The notes under the pieces: model-generated | Seen by the model: only the letters and a program-made list of their open reading frames with translations | Databases searched by the model: none | Told to the model about the DNA's origin: nothing | Made by a program: the position numbers and the translations under genes | Origin: Kipferlia bialata | Lineage: Eukaryota | Reading direction: 5' to 3' | Assembly: GCA_003568945.1 (NCBI GenBank) | Contig: BDIP01000067.1 | Location: forward strand, 1-34,246 | DNA: 34,246 nt | In this document: piece by piece, positions 23,204-34,246 of the stretch | Layout of the letters: each line of letters begins with the position of its first letter | Position numbering within the stretch: position 1 is the stretch's first letter

Positions 23204-23613
23204 ATGTTAGGTCCGGGATGCCCTGAGACAGGAGGGCAGGGTCAGAGAGCTCATCTCCCTTGGGTACTCAGGTATGCAGTGTGGTATGCAGTGTGGTATG
23301 CAGTGTAGCATAGCTGTTGTTGTCTGCCTCCCATCGTGCCCCTGTCTCACCCCCAGACGCCGAGGCCCGTCGCATGTCCAGCCAGCAGCAGACCCAGCAG
23401 GGACCAGGGTCAGTCAGGGAGACCACGGGGGAGCGCATACAGCGCAGGATAGGTATAGATGCGGCACTCCACTCTGTCTGTCTGCCCTCTTCCTATACAT
23501 CTCCACTCCTATCCATATCTACCCCTCCTCTCTGAGCCTCACCCCCAGCCACCGTCGACTCTGAGATTCAGTCCAGGGGGTCCAGCCGGAAGGGAAACGC
23601 ACTCCCATGGTAG
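22965..23613 (+). CDS. Small multi-exon hypothetical protein
   Basis: GT-AG exons at about 23077-23119, 23211-23271, 23357-23452 and 23549-23613 join in frame as HNGAGSLPDDTAGKVRDALRQEGRVRELISLGYSDAEARRMSSQQQ...SSRKGNALPW*. VRELISLGYSDAEARR resembles the first helices of UBA-like modules. The 5' end is unresolved; ATG 22965 is only a candidate. Confidence 0.55.
23143..23201. repeat. Intronic poly-C tract
   Basis: About 59 nt of nearly pure C between a GT donor (23120) and an AG acceptor (23209-23210). Confidence 0.95.
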
Positions 23614-23907
23614 AGGGGAACGGTAGTAGTTGCACTGGAGGGTCACTTGTACTGGCTCCCAGGGCCACTCATGACAAGACATTGGGTGCCGGAGACGGCC
23701 CACAATGCATTGCTTGAGTAATTGTAAATATCGGATAAATACATCTAGTTATACTAGGAACTATGTGAGTTAGGTGCATGAGAGTCTGGGATGCCCACTG
23801 CTCAGTTCATCCTGTCATTGTTGAACCTTTTTTGTTGAATTTTGAGAGAGTCACTCTGAGTGTCATTGCTGAGTGTGCATTCTTGTATAGATCTATCTAG
23901 CTCTGAG

Positions 23908-24275
23908 ATGGCCAGTGCTGGGAAAAATCGCAGGAAGCGCAGGAAGAAGGCTGCCAAGGCTGTGTGTGTCCCCCTGGCCCCTGTGTGTGAGTGGCCAGAG
24001 GAGGGGGGGGAAGACAGTGAGGCACTGCGTGAGATGGGTGCCTTCAGGCTGACAGACCTCATCCCCCCCAAGGCCATGGTATGCACAGACTCTAGAGGCT
24101 CACACTGCGTGTCAATATGGCGTGTCTTTGTCTCGTTATGACCCCGATACTGCCCTAACTCCAGAACGGAGGCTCCCACATTGTCACCCACATTGGTCAC
24201 AGCACGCTGCTGGTGCTGTGCTGGAGCACCATCTACAATGAGGTGGCTGACACGCATCTATTTCTCTCTCTCTGA

Positions 24276-24324
<49 letters not shown>

Positions 24325-26330
24325 CCTCCCATTTCCACTCCCATTCTCTAACCATTAGACCCCAGACCAACAGTGCACTGCATACATCATCGAGCCCGTG
24401 ACGGGTTCTGACAGCACCAGGGAGCTGAAACTAAAGTGCCAGCAGATTCACATGCCCATGATTGGTCCCTCTCCCTCTGTTACCATGCTGGACGGGAAGG
24501 TGAGTGTCTGCCACTCACACACTGTCCCCCGTCACTTGTGGCCTCTCCCTCTCCATGTGTCTGATACCTCAGGTGTACGTGTTTGGCGGGGACTTACAGT
24601 ACTACTACCAGAGGAGAGTGGTACGTCAAGAGTATCTACCAACATATTCCCTACCGTTGCTGTGTCTTACCCTCATGACAGATCCGCATTACTGATGCCG
24701 AGAAGGAGGGGCTGATCAAGGACGGCAAGTTCTATGGGTATGGGGGGTGTTCTCTCACACACTCGATCATGTCATATTCCTACTTCTCTCTCCCCCTCCT
24801 ACCTTAGGGACGAGAGTTTCAACACCTACAGCACTGCCTGTGTCAACGACCTCCACGTCCTGTCCCTCGATACACTTACATGGACCTCCAAGGCAGGGCT
24901 CGGTCTCTACTAGTGGTCTGTTGGTGTCTCTTGGGTATTGTTGTGAATTACTGTGGGGTACCAGATATATTTCTCCTTGCTAACCCAGGTGTACAATGAA
25001 AAGAAGCCAGATCACAGAATGAGACGCGTCATGAAGCGTAAGCCTGCACCTCGGGTAGACCCAATTGTACGTGGGGAAGATGCTTGTAGATGTTCTTCTC
25101 GCTTCTGCTGGGGTGTTGCCTAACAGCCAGGCCTATACATACAATGGACTCCTGGTCATCAACGGAGGCCAGGGGGTGTTCGACTACGAGTGAGTACAAA
25201 TGTATTGTATATATAGTAAACATTACGTACTTACGATACTGCTCATGTGTATGTATCTGCACCGCAGTCTATTTGGGTACCCTCACCTCAGTGGTACTGG
25301 GTTGAGTGGCCTGATCAGTGTGTATGACCCCGAGACAGACAAGTGGGGCGAGGGAAGCAGGTGCGTCTTAGTGATGGATTGCATTTTCTCTTTCACTACT
25401 AGGTACCTACTCGTATTGATGTGATAGTTCTCCAGAATTCATTCAAGTGGGCTGGTATGTTGTGTGTGTCTTTATATATCTATCCTCATTGCAGTACGAC
25501 GTTGCTGGAGAAGTATGGCACACACTCTGTGGGAGAGGGATACCATAAGCAGTATCTGCAGGTGTCTCCAGGTGAGTGTATATGTATCTCTCCCTCTATC
25601 TGGTTATCCTGTCATTGATGTATTGATGTGTGATGTCTCATGACCCGTAACAGACACGTCAAGCACTGGCCTTCTTTCCATATATATATACCTACCCTCA
25701 GGAGAGGGTGGATGGAAGTCCATGTTCACAGAGGCCGCAGCCAGGAGGGGCCTCACCCACCTGTGGAGGGAGTCACTGGGCGTGATACAGGTACAATCGC
25801 AACCTTGGTACCAGTGTCTCCATATATACACTACCGGTGTTCTCACCCGAGCTCCCCGGCCACCGTGACATCAAGCCCCAGGATGACCAGCTGGAACTGC
25901 AGGGTGCGGCACTGATGCTGATGGGGCATCAATCAATGATGGCATGGATCACTCAATCGCAATAGTGTTCATTATGTGCACGATACTGACCCCAGACGAC
26001 ATCGGTGGCCTCCATGACTACGGGGCCGTCCTGCCCCACAGTATAGAGGTGGCCGAGTCTGAGTCATTCATGAGTGATGCCGATGGTCCATTTGATGCCC
26101 AGTTCTGCCCATTAGGTATGATACTTCTCAGTATGCCTGGGGGTATTAATACTCTTTTGCCATCACCGCTCTCTCTGTCTCACCCAGGTGTTGAGTTCTG
26201 CCCCGGGATAGTGATGCTCTTTGCCGCGGACGGCGTTGTACATGTGTGCAGCGTCAACCCCGCCCTGTCCTACCCTGACCACACACTGCAGTGGGCAGAT
26301 CTGTGTCAGAGGGTGTCACATGAGAAGTAA
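23908..26330 (+). CDS. Kelch-like beta-propeller protein with basic N-terminus
   Basis: ATG 23908 gives MASAGKNRRKRRKKAAK (NLS-like). Short GT-AG introns separate exons with kelch-type segments SVTMLDGK|VYVFGG, VNDLHVLSLDTLTW, AYTYNGLLVINGG and ISVYDPETDKW. The last exon ends WADLCQRVSHEK-TAA at 26330. Confidence 0.75.
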
Positions 26331-26456
26331 ATCAGATGGGCTCTTATCCGCTAGAGTCTATTTGGCTGGTTTCTTTAACTGAGGGTACCGAGTTACGGTA
26401 TAGTGTATGCCAAAGTTGGCGTTTTAAGCCCGGCTCTTGAGAGTTTCACCTCACTA

Positions 26457-27011
26457 CTATACAGCAACCCTATTTGGACCCAGCCTAACCCCTCTGCCTG
26501 CCCACAGTCTCTGTCCTACATACAGACACGCCATGGGACTGCCTAGACAGGCCACCAGGCCTATCCAAATGACAGCTGTCAGGGGTCTGTCCTCGGTATA
26601 TAGTACGATAACAGAGAGACAGAGGGTGAGGACGTAGTAGTCGAGAACAGTGGTCAGGAGCCAGGAGCTGGGGTGGGAGGTGGGACATACTTAAGGAGTA
26701 TTCAACTCCGATATATAGAGACATGTGGGAGGGATTGTATACAGAGTATAGGAGTCCCGGCACACCTAGCCCACTCGGCAGATTCAGTATCAAGGGGGAA
26801 TAGGGGGTACTTGAACAGAGTCCACCCAACACGGATGGCTGAAGGGTCAGACCGACTGTGTAACGTACACCGTGGACTTTACTCCATTGTATACTCTAGG
26901 CATTGCCCCCTCACCAAATGTCACTCCCACCACAAGGAGTATGGCCAGCACCAACACAACATGTCCTATACGCCTAATGTCCTTGTCCGCACGTGTCAGA
27001 GGTCTTGACAT
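26457..27011 (-). CDS. Small membrane protein, DUF1475-like (3 exons, 111 aa)
   Basis: Exons 27011-26915, 26838-26811 and 26667-26457 join in phase as MSRPLTRADKDIRRIGHVVLVLAILLVVGVTFAIRVGWTLFNSWLLTTVLDYYVLTLCLSVIVLYTEDRPLTAVIWIGLVACLGSPMACLYVGQRLW...VAV*. It has 3-4 hydrophobic segments. The W..TT..DYY, Y.E and WI....CLGS....LY pattern recalls DUF1475. The spliced product is not visible as a whole in the ORF track. Confidence 0.75.
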
Positions 27012-27266
27012 CGGGTAATGGGAACAGAAGGTGAAAGAGAGGCCGAGCAATAGTGTGAACTGTTGAGTAAACATATGGTTAGGACTGCACCCTTAGACAT
27101 CCGAATGTCTGGCATATACAGTATATAGTATACCATGTAGCGATGTATTCGTCAGATCTAACCATGTATCTGTGAGTTCTCAGGCTCACCTCTAACCATT
27201 CTCCATAACACCAGCACCAGACATAATAGACGCAGTATATGCAGAGGGTGAGGCCCAGGTTAAGAT

Positions 27267-30200
27267 CTATTCCTCTGCGGCAGATGGTTGTGCCACATCA
27301 GCATGATCAACATCGACAGGGGGGGCTGCGTGTGAGGCCTCTGTCTCTACAGAGGGCACCCCAAAGAGACTCCTCCTCAGACACTTGGATATATCCTGGG
27401 AGGTGACAATCTCGCGGGGCCGCTCTCTCCCGCTGTCCTCACCCTTGGGCACCCACCTCCTCTGCCGCAGACCCACCATGGGACGCGACGTGTCCCACCC
27501 AGCACCCATGGAGAACTGGGCCTGGGGGTGAGGGGACACAGGGAGAGTGAGAGTAAGGCACTGTGACATGTTGTTTACCAGTACCTTGCTGAGATCAGGC
27601 TTGTCCTTGCTCCGCTTGACCCTCCTTGCATGCTTCTTCTCTCTCCTTAGAGTCCTCTCTCCCTTTACGATCTCATCCTCCTTGACTCGTGCTTGGTGGC
27701 CTCTCTTCACTCCCTTCACCCTAAGGGTCTTTGAGACCTTATCCTTCTGGGCCTTGCCTGCCCTCCCACCACCTGTGGCAGGCCTCGGCCTCACTGGGTG
27801 TGTGCTGGGTATGTCCCTTTGAGAGCGAGTCACACTCGCCGAACGACGGCTGGAGCTCTTAGGCCTACTATTAAGCAAAGCGACTAGAGTATTCATGTAT
27901 ACATAGAACGTGAGCCACCCTTTACACACCTGGGAGGCAGGGCTGATGCAGGTCTCTGCAAAGTCTTCCTCCTGCGTCTGCCCTTTGCCTTTGTCTTGAG
28001 TATAGCACGGGGCATCTTGTGTGTGGAGACCTCTCTGTCTTCCTTCCTATCAGTTAACCTCTCCATGCCACTGACGGCCCTCCTTCTGCTGACACTAACA
28101 CTCCTCGACCGTCCCCTCCCTCTAGATGCCCTTCCCCTCCCTCTAGATGCGCTGCGCCTCTTCCTGCTGATGCGTGCCCTCTCTCTCTCCCTGTCCAGCT
28201 CCTGTGCCATGTCAGTATCAAGGGTATCAGTATCAGCACCCGTGCCCCCTCGGGCGATGCTGGCAGCAACAACACGGAATATGTCACTCTCTGTCACTCT
28301 CTCCCTCTCGGAGGTCGGGTCTCTCTCACTTCTCCTCCTCTCCCTAGCTCTCCTGACCTGCTTCCTAGGTACGGGAGGTGGGGAGGCTGACACCACGACA
28401 CTCGCACTGTGTCTGTCTCGCTCTCTCTCCCTACTGCCGTCCCTGTCGATGGATACAGAGTTGGGTCTCCAGGGCGGCATGGGGAGAGGCAGGGGCTGGG
28501 GGGCTAGCCTCCTGTGCTTCTGTAGAGCACGGGCAGCCGCTCTCCTACTCTGTCTGTCTAGTTTACTGTCAGCCTTCCCCGTCACCTTTGAACCGGCGCT
28601 AGAGGGCCTACGCCTCACCCCACGAGACCGGCTGCCCCCACCGTGACCAACACTGCCCCGCCCTCCCGTCTCTCTCTCCACAGTAGGGTTGCGCCTCCTG
28701 CCCTTGGACCTAGACCTGGAGACAGACCGACGGGGGGCAACCTCCCTACCCAGAGACGTCTCTCTCTCTCCCCCCCTCTTGGTGTCCGTTCCCTTGCGTG
28801 ACGCGTGTCTCCCTACCACCGAGTCCTCTGCATGTCTAGCCTGGTTGTCGGCCTTGTCTCCCATGGTCAACTCCTCGTACAACAGGGTCCTGGAGGGTGA
28901 GGTGACAAACACATCACGGTATTGATACTGACCCTGGCTGTCTATCAACAAACGTACCTCTCAGTGGGGTCCATCCTGCCGACCGCAGACAGCACACTCG
29001 AGAGGTCGGGCAGCACTGACACTGCCGGCCGGACAGGCACAGTGTGGGATACCCCAGTCACAGCGTTGGAGGGGTGAGTGACACGGCCCGAGGCGAGGGG
29101 GGAGGCCACAGCTGCAGAAGGGCCTAGGGTCGGATATTGATAGAGACTGAAGAGTACTGTGGAAGTATCTGACACAAGAGGCTACGTATTCAATACAAAG
29201 CACGAAGACGATATCGATTCAAGCAGAAGTGTCCCCTAACCTGAGACCGAGTCGTATGTAGAGAATGCGGACCGAGGGGGGTGGGGGGATACGCCGACAG
29301 TGGGTGTGAAGGGGGTCCCTGTCTCCCGTCCCCTGCCACTACCAGCATCACCATCAGCAGGCACAGCCACACACCCACTCACCGAGTCCAGGCTCCTCCC
29401 CATGTGCATCTGCCCCCTCTGAACGGCGTCTGTCACAGCCTCTCTTCCCTTCCCTGCCACTGGCTCTGGGGCCAGGAGGGATGATGCAGACATGGGCAGC
29501 ACAGAGGCAGGGGGGACAGAGGCACCGCGGTATGCCTCGGCCGAGACACCCCCAGACCCCTCTCCGTCTGCTACAGTGGTATCACTGGGTCAGAACAGTT
29601 TTGATGCATGCATCAGTATTGTGAGATGACAACGTCTGACCACATCGGATTGCTATACATACCTGGCAACAGCTGGGGGGGGTAGGCTCTCTGTCGCTCT
29701 GAACCTGCTCTCCCCCACGATCTGCTTCTCTCTCCTCCTCTGTTGCTGTCTGGGGTGAGAGCAGTTGTGGGGCCAAGAACACACTGGCAGTGTCCTCACC
29801 AACCACACACTCACAGTCTTACCTATCCTTGCGCAGATACTGCTTCCGCCTTCTCTCAGCCAGCTCCCTCGATATCTTACCACCCACTGGGCGCACAGGG
29901 TTCTGCTATGAGGCTCATGGCTCCTAATACCTATATATACTCCATATGCCATTCTATCCCCCCACCTGGGCTGTGGCTATGGCCCGTATGGGGTCCCTGG
30001 CAAGGGCTATGCGGAACTCAAGGGCCGCTCGTCCCCTCTCTCTCCTCTCTCTCTCCTCTCCCGCCTTCTTGGTATCCTTCTCGACAGACCGGGAGTTGAA
30101 CTTACACACTCTGGAGTGGGAGAGGGTTGGAGAGAAAGACAGTGGGATAGAGTGGAGGCGTTGGTTGTTACCTCTTCTCTGATGCCAGTCTATTGCGTCT

Positions 30201-32623
30201 CTCCCTCTCCTTCACTAGGTCCAACACGGTAGGGGGGGCTTCAACTGGGAGTCAGTACACTTAAGAGTATGACACACGCACACAGATAGAAGGTCAGTAA
30301 TCAACACGGGAAGGATACTAACCAGTGAAGAGTAGGGAATGTGGAATGTGTCGGGGCATGGCCTACCCACCTGGTTCCTCCTTAGGCCTGGTAGGGGACG
30401 GCGGGGGTGGCTGCACCCCTCCCATGTCTGTGGATAGAGTGGGAGGGGCATCATCCTCCCTAGGTGTCACCATGGCCCTCCCAACCCTAGGGGGAACAGA
30501 GGCTGCCCTGCCGTCTGCATCAGTGTCAGGCTGCAGCTGCTCTAGACCGGTGTGGGTGACCCTGTAGGTAAGGGTAGGTCAGTGTAGGTAAGCACAGGTT
30601 AGCAGACGGGAACCACCACAGTCGGTAGATGTCGCACCTGATGTCTGTGAGCTCTCTGTTCCTGTAGAGTATGCCCAGCACAGGATGTCTACGGACACTG
30701 GCAGGGAGTAAGGAGGGGTCGTCAATGCCTGGGGAGTCAGGGACACTCGTAGAGGGACACATACACACCGAGACATACAACATCTACTCGCCAGATAGCC
30801 GACTTCTTCTCACCGATGTATCAGTATCAGTATCTATATTCTATCTGATACTGACTCCCTCTCACCTATGAGCCCCAGGTCGATGTCCTTCCTCTGGGCT
30901 GGGGGTGCACCCTCACTGTCTCCCTGGGGTCAGAGGTAAGGGGGGGGACAGGTAGCTGGAAATACCAGTCTCTAGAGTACACCCTCACTATGATACCTTC
31001 TTGGCCTTGTCAGTGCCAGGCACAGGGGCACTGGGCTGGGATGAGAGACACAACGGGGGATATCAGCGTCTATAGGAACACTTACGACACTATCTCTCTG
31101 CCCAATACACCCCCCCCCCCTCTGTACCTTGTCCCTCCCCCTTAGCATGCTGGGCACCGATGAGCTGCGGGCACTCCTCTTCCCAACAGAGTACTGGGGG
31201 TGAGATTGGAGAGGTGGAAGGAGTGTGTCCCTCTCTACCCTGTCAATGGTGTGCCACATACCTTGGCCAGTGGGTTGAGGGGGTTGTACGACAGGTTCAA
31301 CGTGTAGGGGGGGCCATCCGTGACGTTGTCCCTGGGGTCAGAGAATCGCTGTGTGTACCAATATCATGACACATATATACACTAATATGTATCTCTATGA
31401 CACATAGAGTGCCCCCTACCTAATTGCTCTCATTGTCTGGGGGCCCAGTCTGTTGTGGCTCAGGTCCAGCCCCCTCAGCCCATAGGGGGACATCAGCTTG
31501 TCCTGCAGAGTAGGCGAGGCATGCAGGGTCTCCTTAGGGTGAGAGAGGGAGAGAGAGAGACATGGTATGTTGAAATGGTATCAGTGGTATCATGCACCCA
31601 CCATCCAGAGGCCCTTGTGCTGTATCTGCTGCTGGACCTTGACCAGTCTGCCTGGACAGTCAGGGGGGGGGGGGCACGGCACATACGCATATACACACAG
31701 ACATGGAAGCACACACAGATGGGCCGAGTGCCACCCACCTATGCTGTCTGCCGCTGTGTCATCTACCGTATTGCCAGACAGGCACAGGTACCTCAGTCTG
31801 GGACAGTCGCAGAGCTCGTCTAAGGTGAGGAGAGCATTGCTGTACAGTCATATACTCACTAGACTCCCACAAACACTACGGGTTCATTAGAAAATTCCAC
31901 ATATCCTGTCCCACCTAGGAGGACCTTGGCTCCCTCCGAGCCCAACTGGCAGTCCTTGAGAATGAGGACAAGACCTAGGGTAAGGGGGTGCGATAGAGAT
32001 GGGCTGTACTAGCCTGGACCAATATCTCTACGCATAGAAGCCCCAGTGGCTGAGGAATGGTGAATGACCTGTCTTTGATGTGTACTCCTCTCTCTCCATC
32101 ATCTGGCGCAGACACTTGGCTATGACTCCAACCTGGGGTGGGGGGAGGCTGATGCATGTATACATTGGTGATTCTCTCTCTCTCTGTGTGTGTGTGTGTG
32201 TACCTGCTGCACACTGAGGGGTATGCCGTACAGGGCAAAGACAGAGAGCACCTTGCACCTGGGGTCAGGGGAGAAAGTAGGGTTGTACTCACGTAAAATT
32301 GCATCCACACGTGTGTAGCACACTCACTACTGAGAGAGCACCAACCCCCTGATCTCTCTCTCTATATATACATATATATACATATATATACCTGGGCAGA
32401 CACTGCTTGAGGGCGGATGTCAGCCTCCTCCCGGCCCCTGCCTCTAGTATAGGGGGCAGGTTGGTGGACGAGGGGGGTCTAGGGTGAGGGTACTCTGGAG
32501 GCTAGGGTGTATGGATCTGTGTGCAACATGTCTTACCTCCTGACAGCCTGTGAGAGCCTGGCGGCCATCTTGGCAGAGGCTGTCTTGGGTCCAGCCCGCT
32601 TGATCTGACATAAGAGTCTAATC

Positions 32624-32655
<32 letters not shown>

Positions 32656-33497
32656 GCAGACCCACCTCAGCAGGTCTCTCTGGCACCGTGTCTCTGTCTG
32701 GTTGTCCCAGCCTCATCGGGGCTGCCCCGTGTCTCCTGTACGCATCCTCCAGCACTGAGTAGTGCACGCTGTGGCAGGTGTTGAACACGCTGGAGTACGC
32801 ATCGGGGTCGGAGGGGGCAGGCCTGGGGTGGGGGGCACAATTTGTATTGTTTCATAACTACACCCATCTATACAGATATCATTAAGGAACTGATGGACCC
32901 TCTCCTATATATCCAATATATCCTATATATCCGCACCTCTCCTCGGTGGGTGGGTCTGGTACAGGGACCGTGCCACAAAGAGAGATCTCCTGGGGTCAGG
33001 CACTCATTGCAGCTGAGATATATTGGAAGGAAGAGTATTCTTCGACACAGTCACATGTAACATCAACTGATATGGTATAGAGGTGTTAAAGGAGAGTACA
33101 TGCCTTGAGGTTGTGCCCTCCCATCCGAATGGCGCCAAACAGGGGCAGGATGTGCTTCATCTTGTAGGCCTCACACTCAACACGCACCCTGGGGTGGGGG
33201 GGGGGGGGAGAGAAGTATTGGAATGAGAATAGAGACCTACGAAATTGATACTCGGGACACCCGGCACCCATATATAGACACACACCTTCTCTTGGCGGCA
33301 TATCGCAGCACATTGGTGTCGGGTATATCGAGAGAGTGCTGCTTGCACTGTTCCCTGAAGATGAGAAGGGATACTATATACATATACATGGGGCAGTGTC
33401 GAAGGGGGGGGGGGGGGGCATAGAGAGATATATAAATACTGAAGAAGAACTTGTTCAGTAGTGCAATAGACTCCCGACTAGAGGATTGAAGTGCCAT
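27267..33497 (-). CDS. CEP78: CEP78-like centriolar leucine-rich-repeat protein with long disordered C-terminus
   Basis: Spliced N-terminus MALQSSSRESIALLNKFFFREQCKQHSLDIPDTNVLRYAAKRRVRVECEAYKMKHILPLFGAIRMGGHNLKEISL, then RLTSALKQCLPRCKVLSVFALYGIPLSVQQVGVIAKCL, LILKDCQLGSEGAKVLLDELCDCPRLRYLCLSGNTVDD, GRLVKVQQQIQHKGLW..ETLH and GLRGLDLSHNRLG. This parallels the recalled CEP78 order (LCKALKGCL..LELNGL.L....L..LAKGL, then KILKYQ..RHEETWAESLRY..GLRRITLNCN). The C-terminal R/S/E-rich exons correspond to ORFs 27893-28951 and 27267-27929. Whether all distal exons belong to one gene was not fully traced. Confidence 0.72.
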
Positions 33498-34013
33498 AGA
33501 GTACTGTGGGGATCAATGGGGTGTGAACCAATGTAGCCAACCCACTCACCTGTACACCCGCACGAATGCACTCTCTCTCTTCTCCCCATCACTGGGGGTG
33601 ACCACAGGCCTAGGCCTCATTCACAAGTGGACTGACTGCACTGACTGCACCGGATGTATGAATGTATGTGTCCAACACAGGCAGTGTGTCTGACCTCTCC
33701 TTTGCCAATACAACTCCTCCCAGTGCAACACACTACCGGAGTCCTGCTATTTGAGGAGTGTCCGGTACCACTAGGTGTATCAGGGCTCACTCCCACAGCC
33801 ACAACGACAGCACAGAGCGCGTGGGAGTGCTGTTGTTGAAGGAGTCAAATTCCAGAGAATCCTGACGCAAATACAAAGGGTCTAGTGCCGCTGTGTCAAA
33901 AAGTTGTCTACAGTGTAAGAGAGATCACTTCTATATGAGCCCCGAGATGCCACCTTCACACGCAAGGCAGACAACAGGGAGACGGAAAAGTAGACCGGAA
34001 CTTGCTGCACTAC

Positions 34014-34134
34014 TCAGTAAGAGAGGGGGAGAGAGAATATAGGGAGAGAGATGTCATCGGGTGTGACCATGCGAGGGGCTGCCATCCCGCCATTGCCAGG
34101 GGGTATATCAGTGTCAGACGCCCTCAAGAGAGGC
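34014..34134 (-). CDS. Probable terminal exon of a gene extending beyond the window
   Basis: An acceptor ccacctag is followed by an open frame PLLRASDTDIPPGNGGMAAPRMVTPDDISLPIFSLPLSY-TGA. Upstream on the minus strand lies intron-like (GA)n/poly-G sequence. Confidence 0.4.
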
Positions 34135-34188
34135 CTAGGTGGGACTGAGTTCTGGGCCAGATATTACAATTGAGAAAGTGTATTCATT

Positions 34189-34215
34189 CTCTCTCTCTCT
34201 CTCTCTCTCTCCCTC

Positions 34216-34246
<31 letters not shown>
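34189..34246. repeat. (CT)n followed by poly-C at window end
   Basis: Directly visible in the sequence. Confidence 0.95.

Noticed and set aside
27996..28646. 216-aa Leu/Ser-rich plus-strand ORF (similarly 14218-14670 minus and 23802-24257 minus)
   Set aside because: Antisense shadow of GA-rich coding exons on the other strand.
34217..34246. Terminal poly-C as a telomere
   Set aside because: It is a homopolymer rather than a telomeric repeat unit, and similar tracts occur inside introns (23143-23201).

Overview
Intron-dense eukaryotic DNA with GT-AG introns full of (TA)n/(GA)n/(CT)n microsatellites and a branch-point-like YTRAC/CTCAC fused to the 3' AG. This style and the ERE-rich proteins suggest a fornicate metamonad such as Kipferlia (inference). 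Most ORF-track entries are intron or antisense noise. Splicing by hand gives seven genes plus a probable fragment: a 5'-truncated protein with CBM21/25-like motifs (+), a SAM-less SAMHD1-like HD dNTPase (-), a long ERE-rich coiled-coil protein (+), a small hypothetical protein (+), a kelch-like protein (+), a DUF1475-like membrane protein (-) and a CEP78-like LRR protein (-). The main observation is an 'exon echo' architecture over about 1-22.7 kb. Most exons are flanked by arrays of partial copies of themselves within the introns. Upstream copies carry the AG acceptor plus exon start, and downstream copies carry the exon end plus GT donor. Divergence usually grows with distance from the live exon and is strongly biased to synonymous sites, including one ordered synonymous ladder at 10546-11013. 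The architecture stops abruptly near 22.8 kb.
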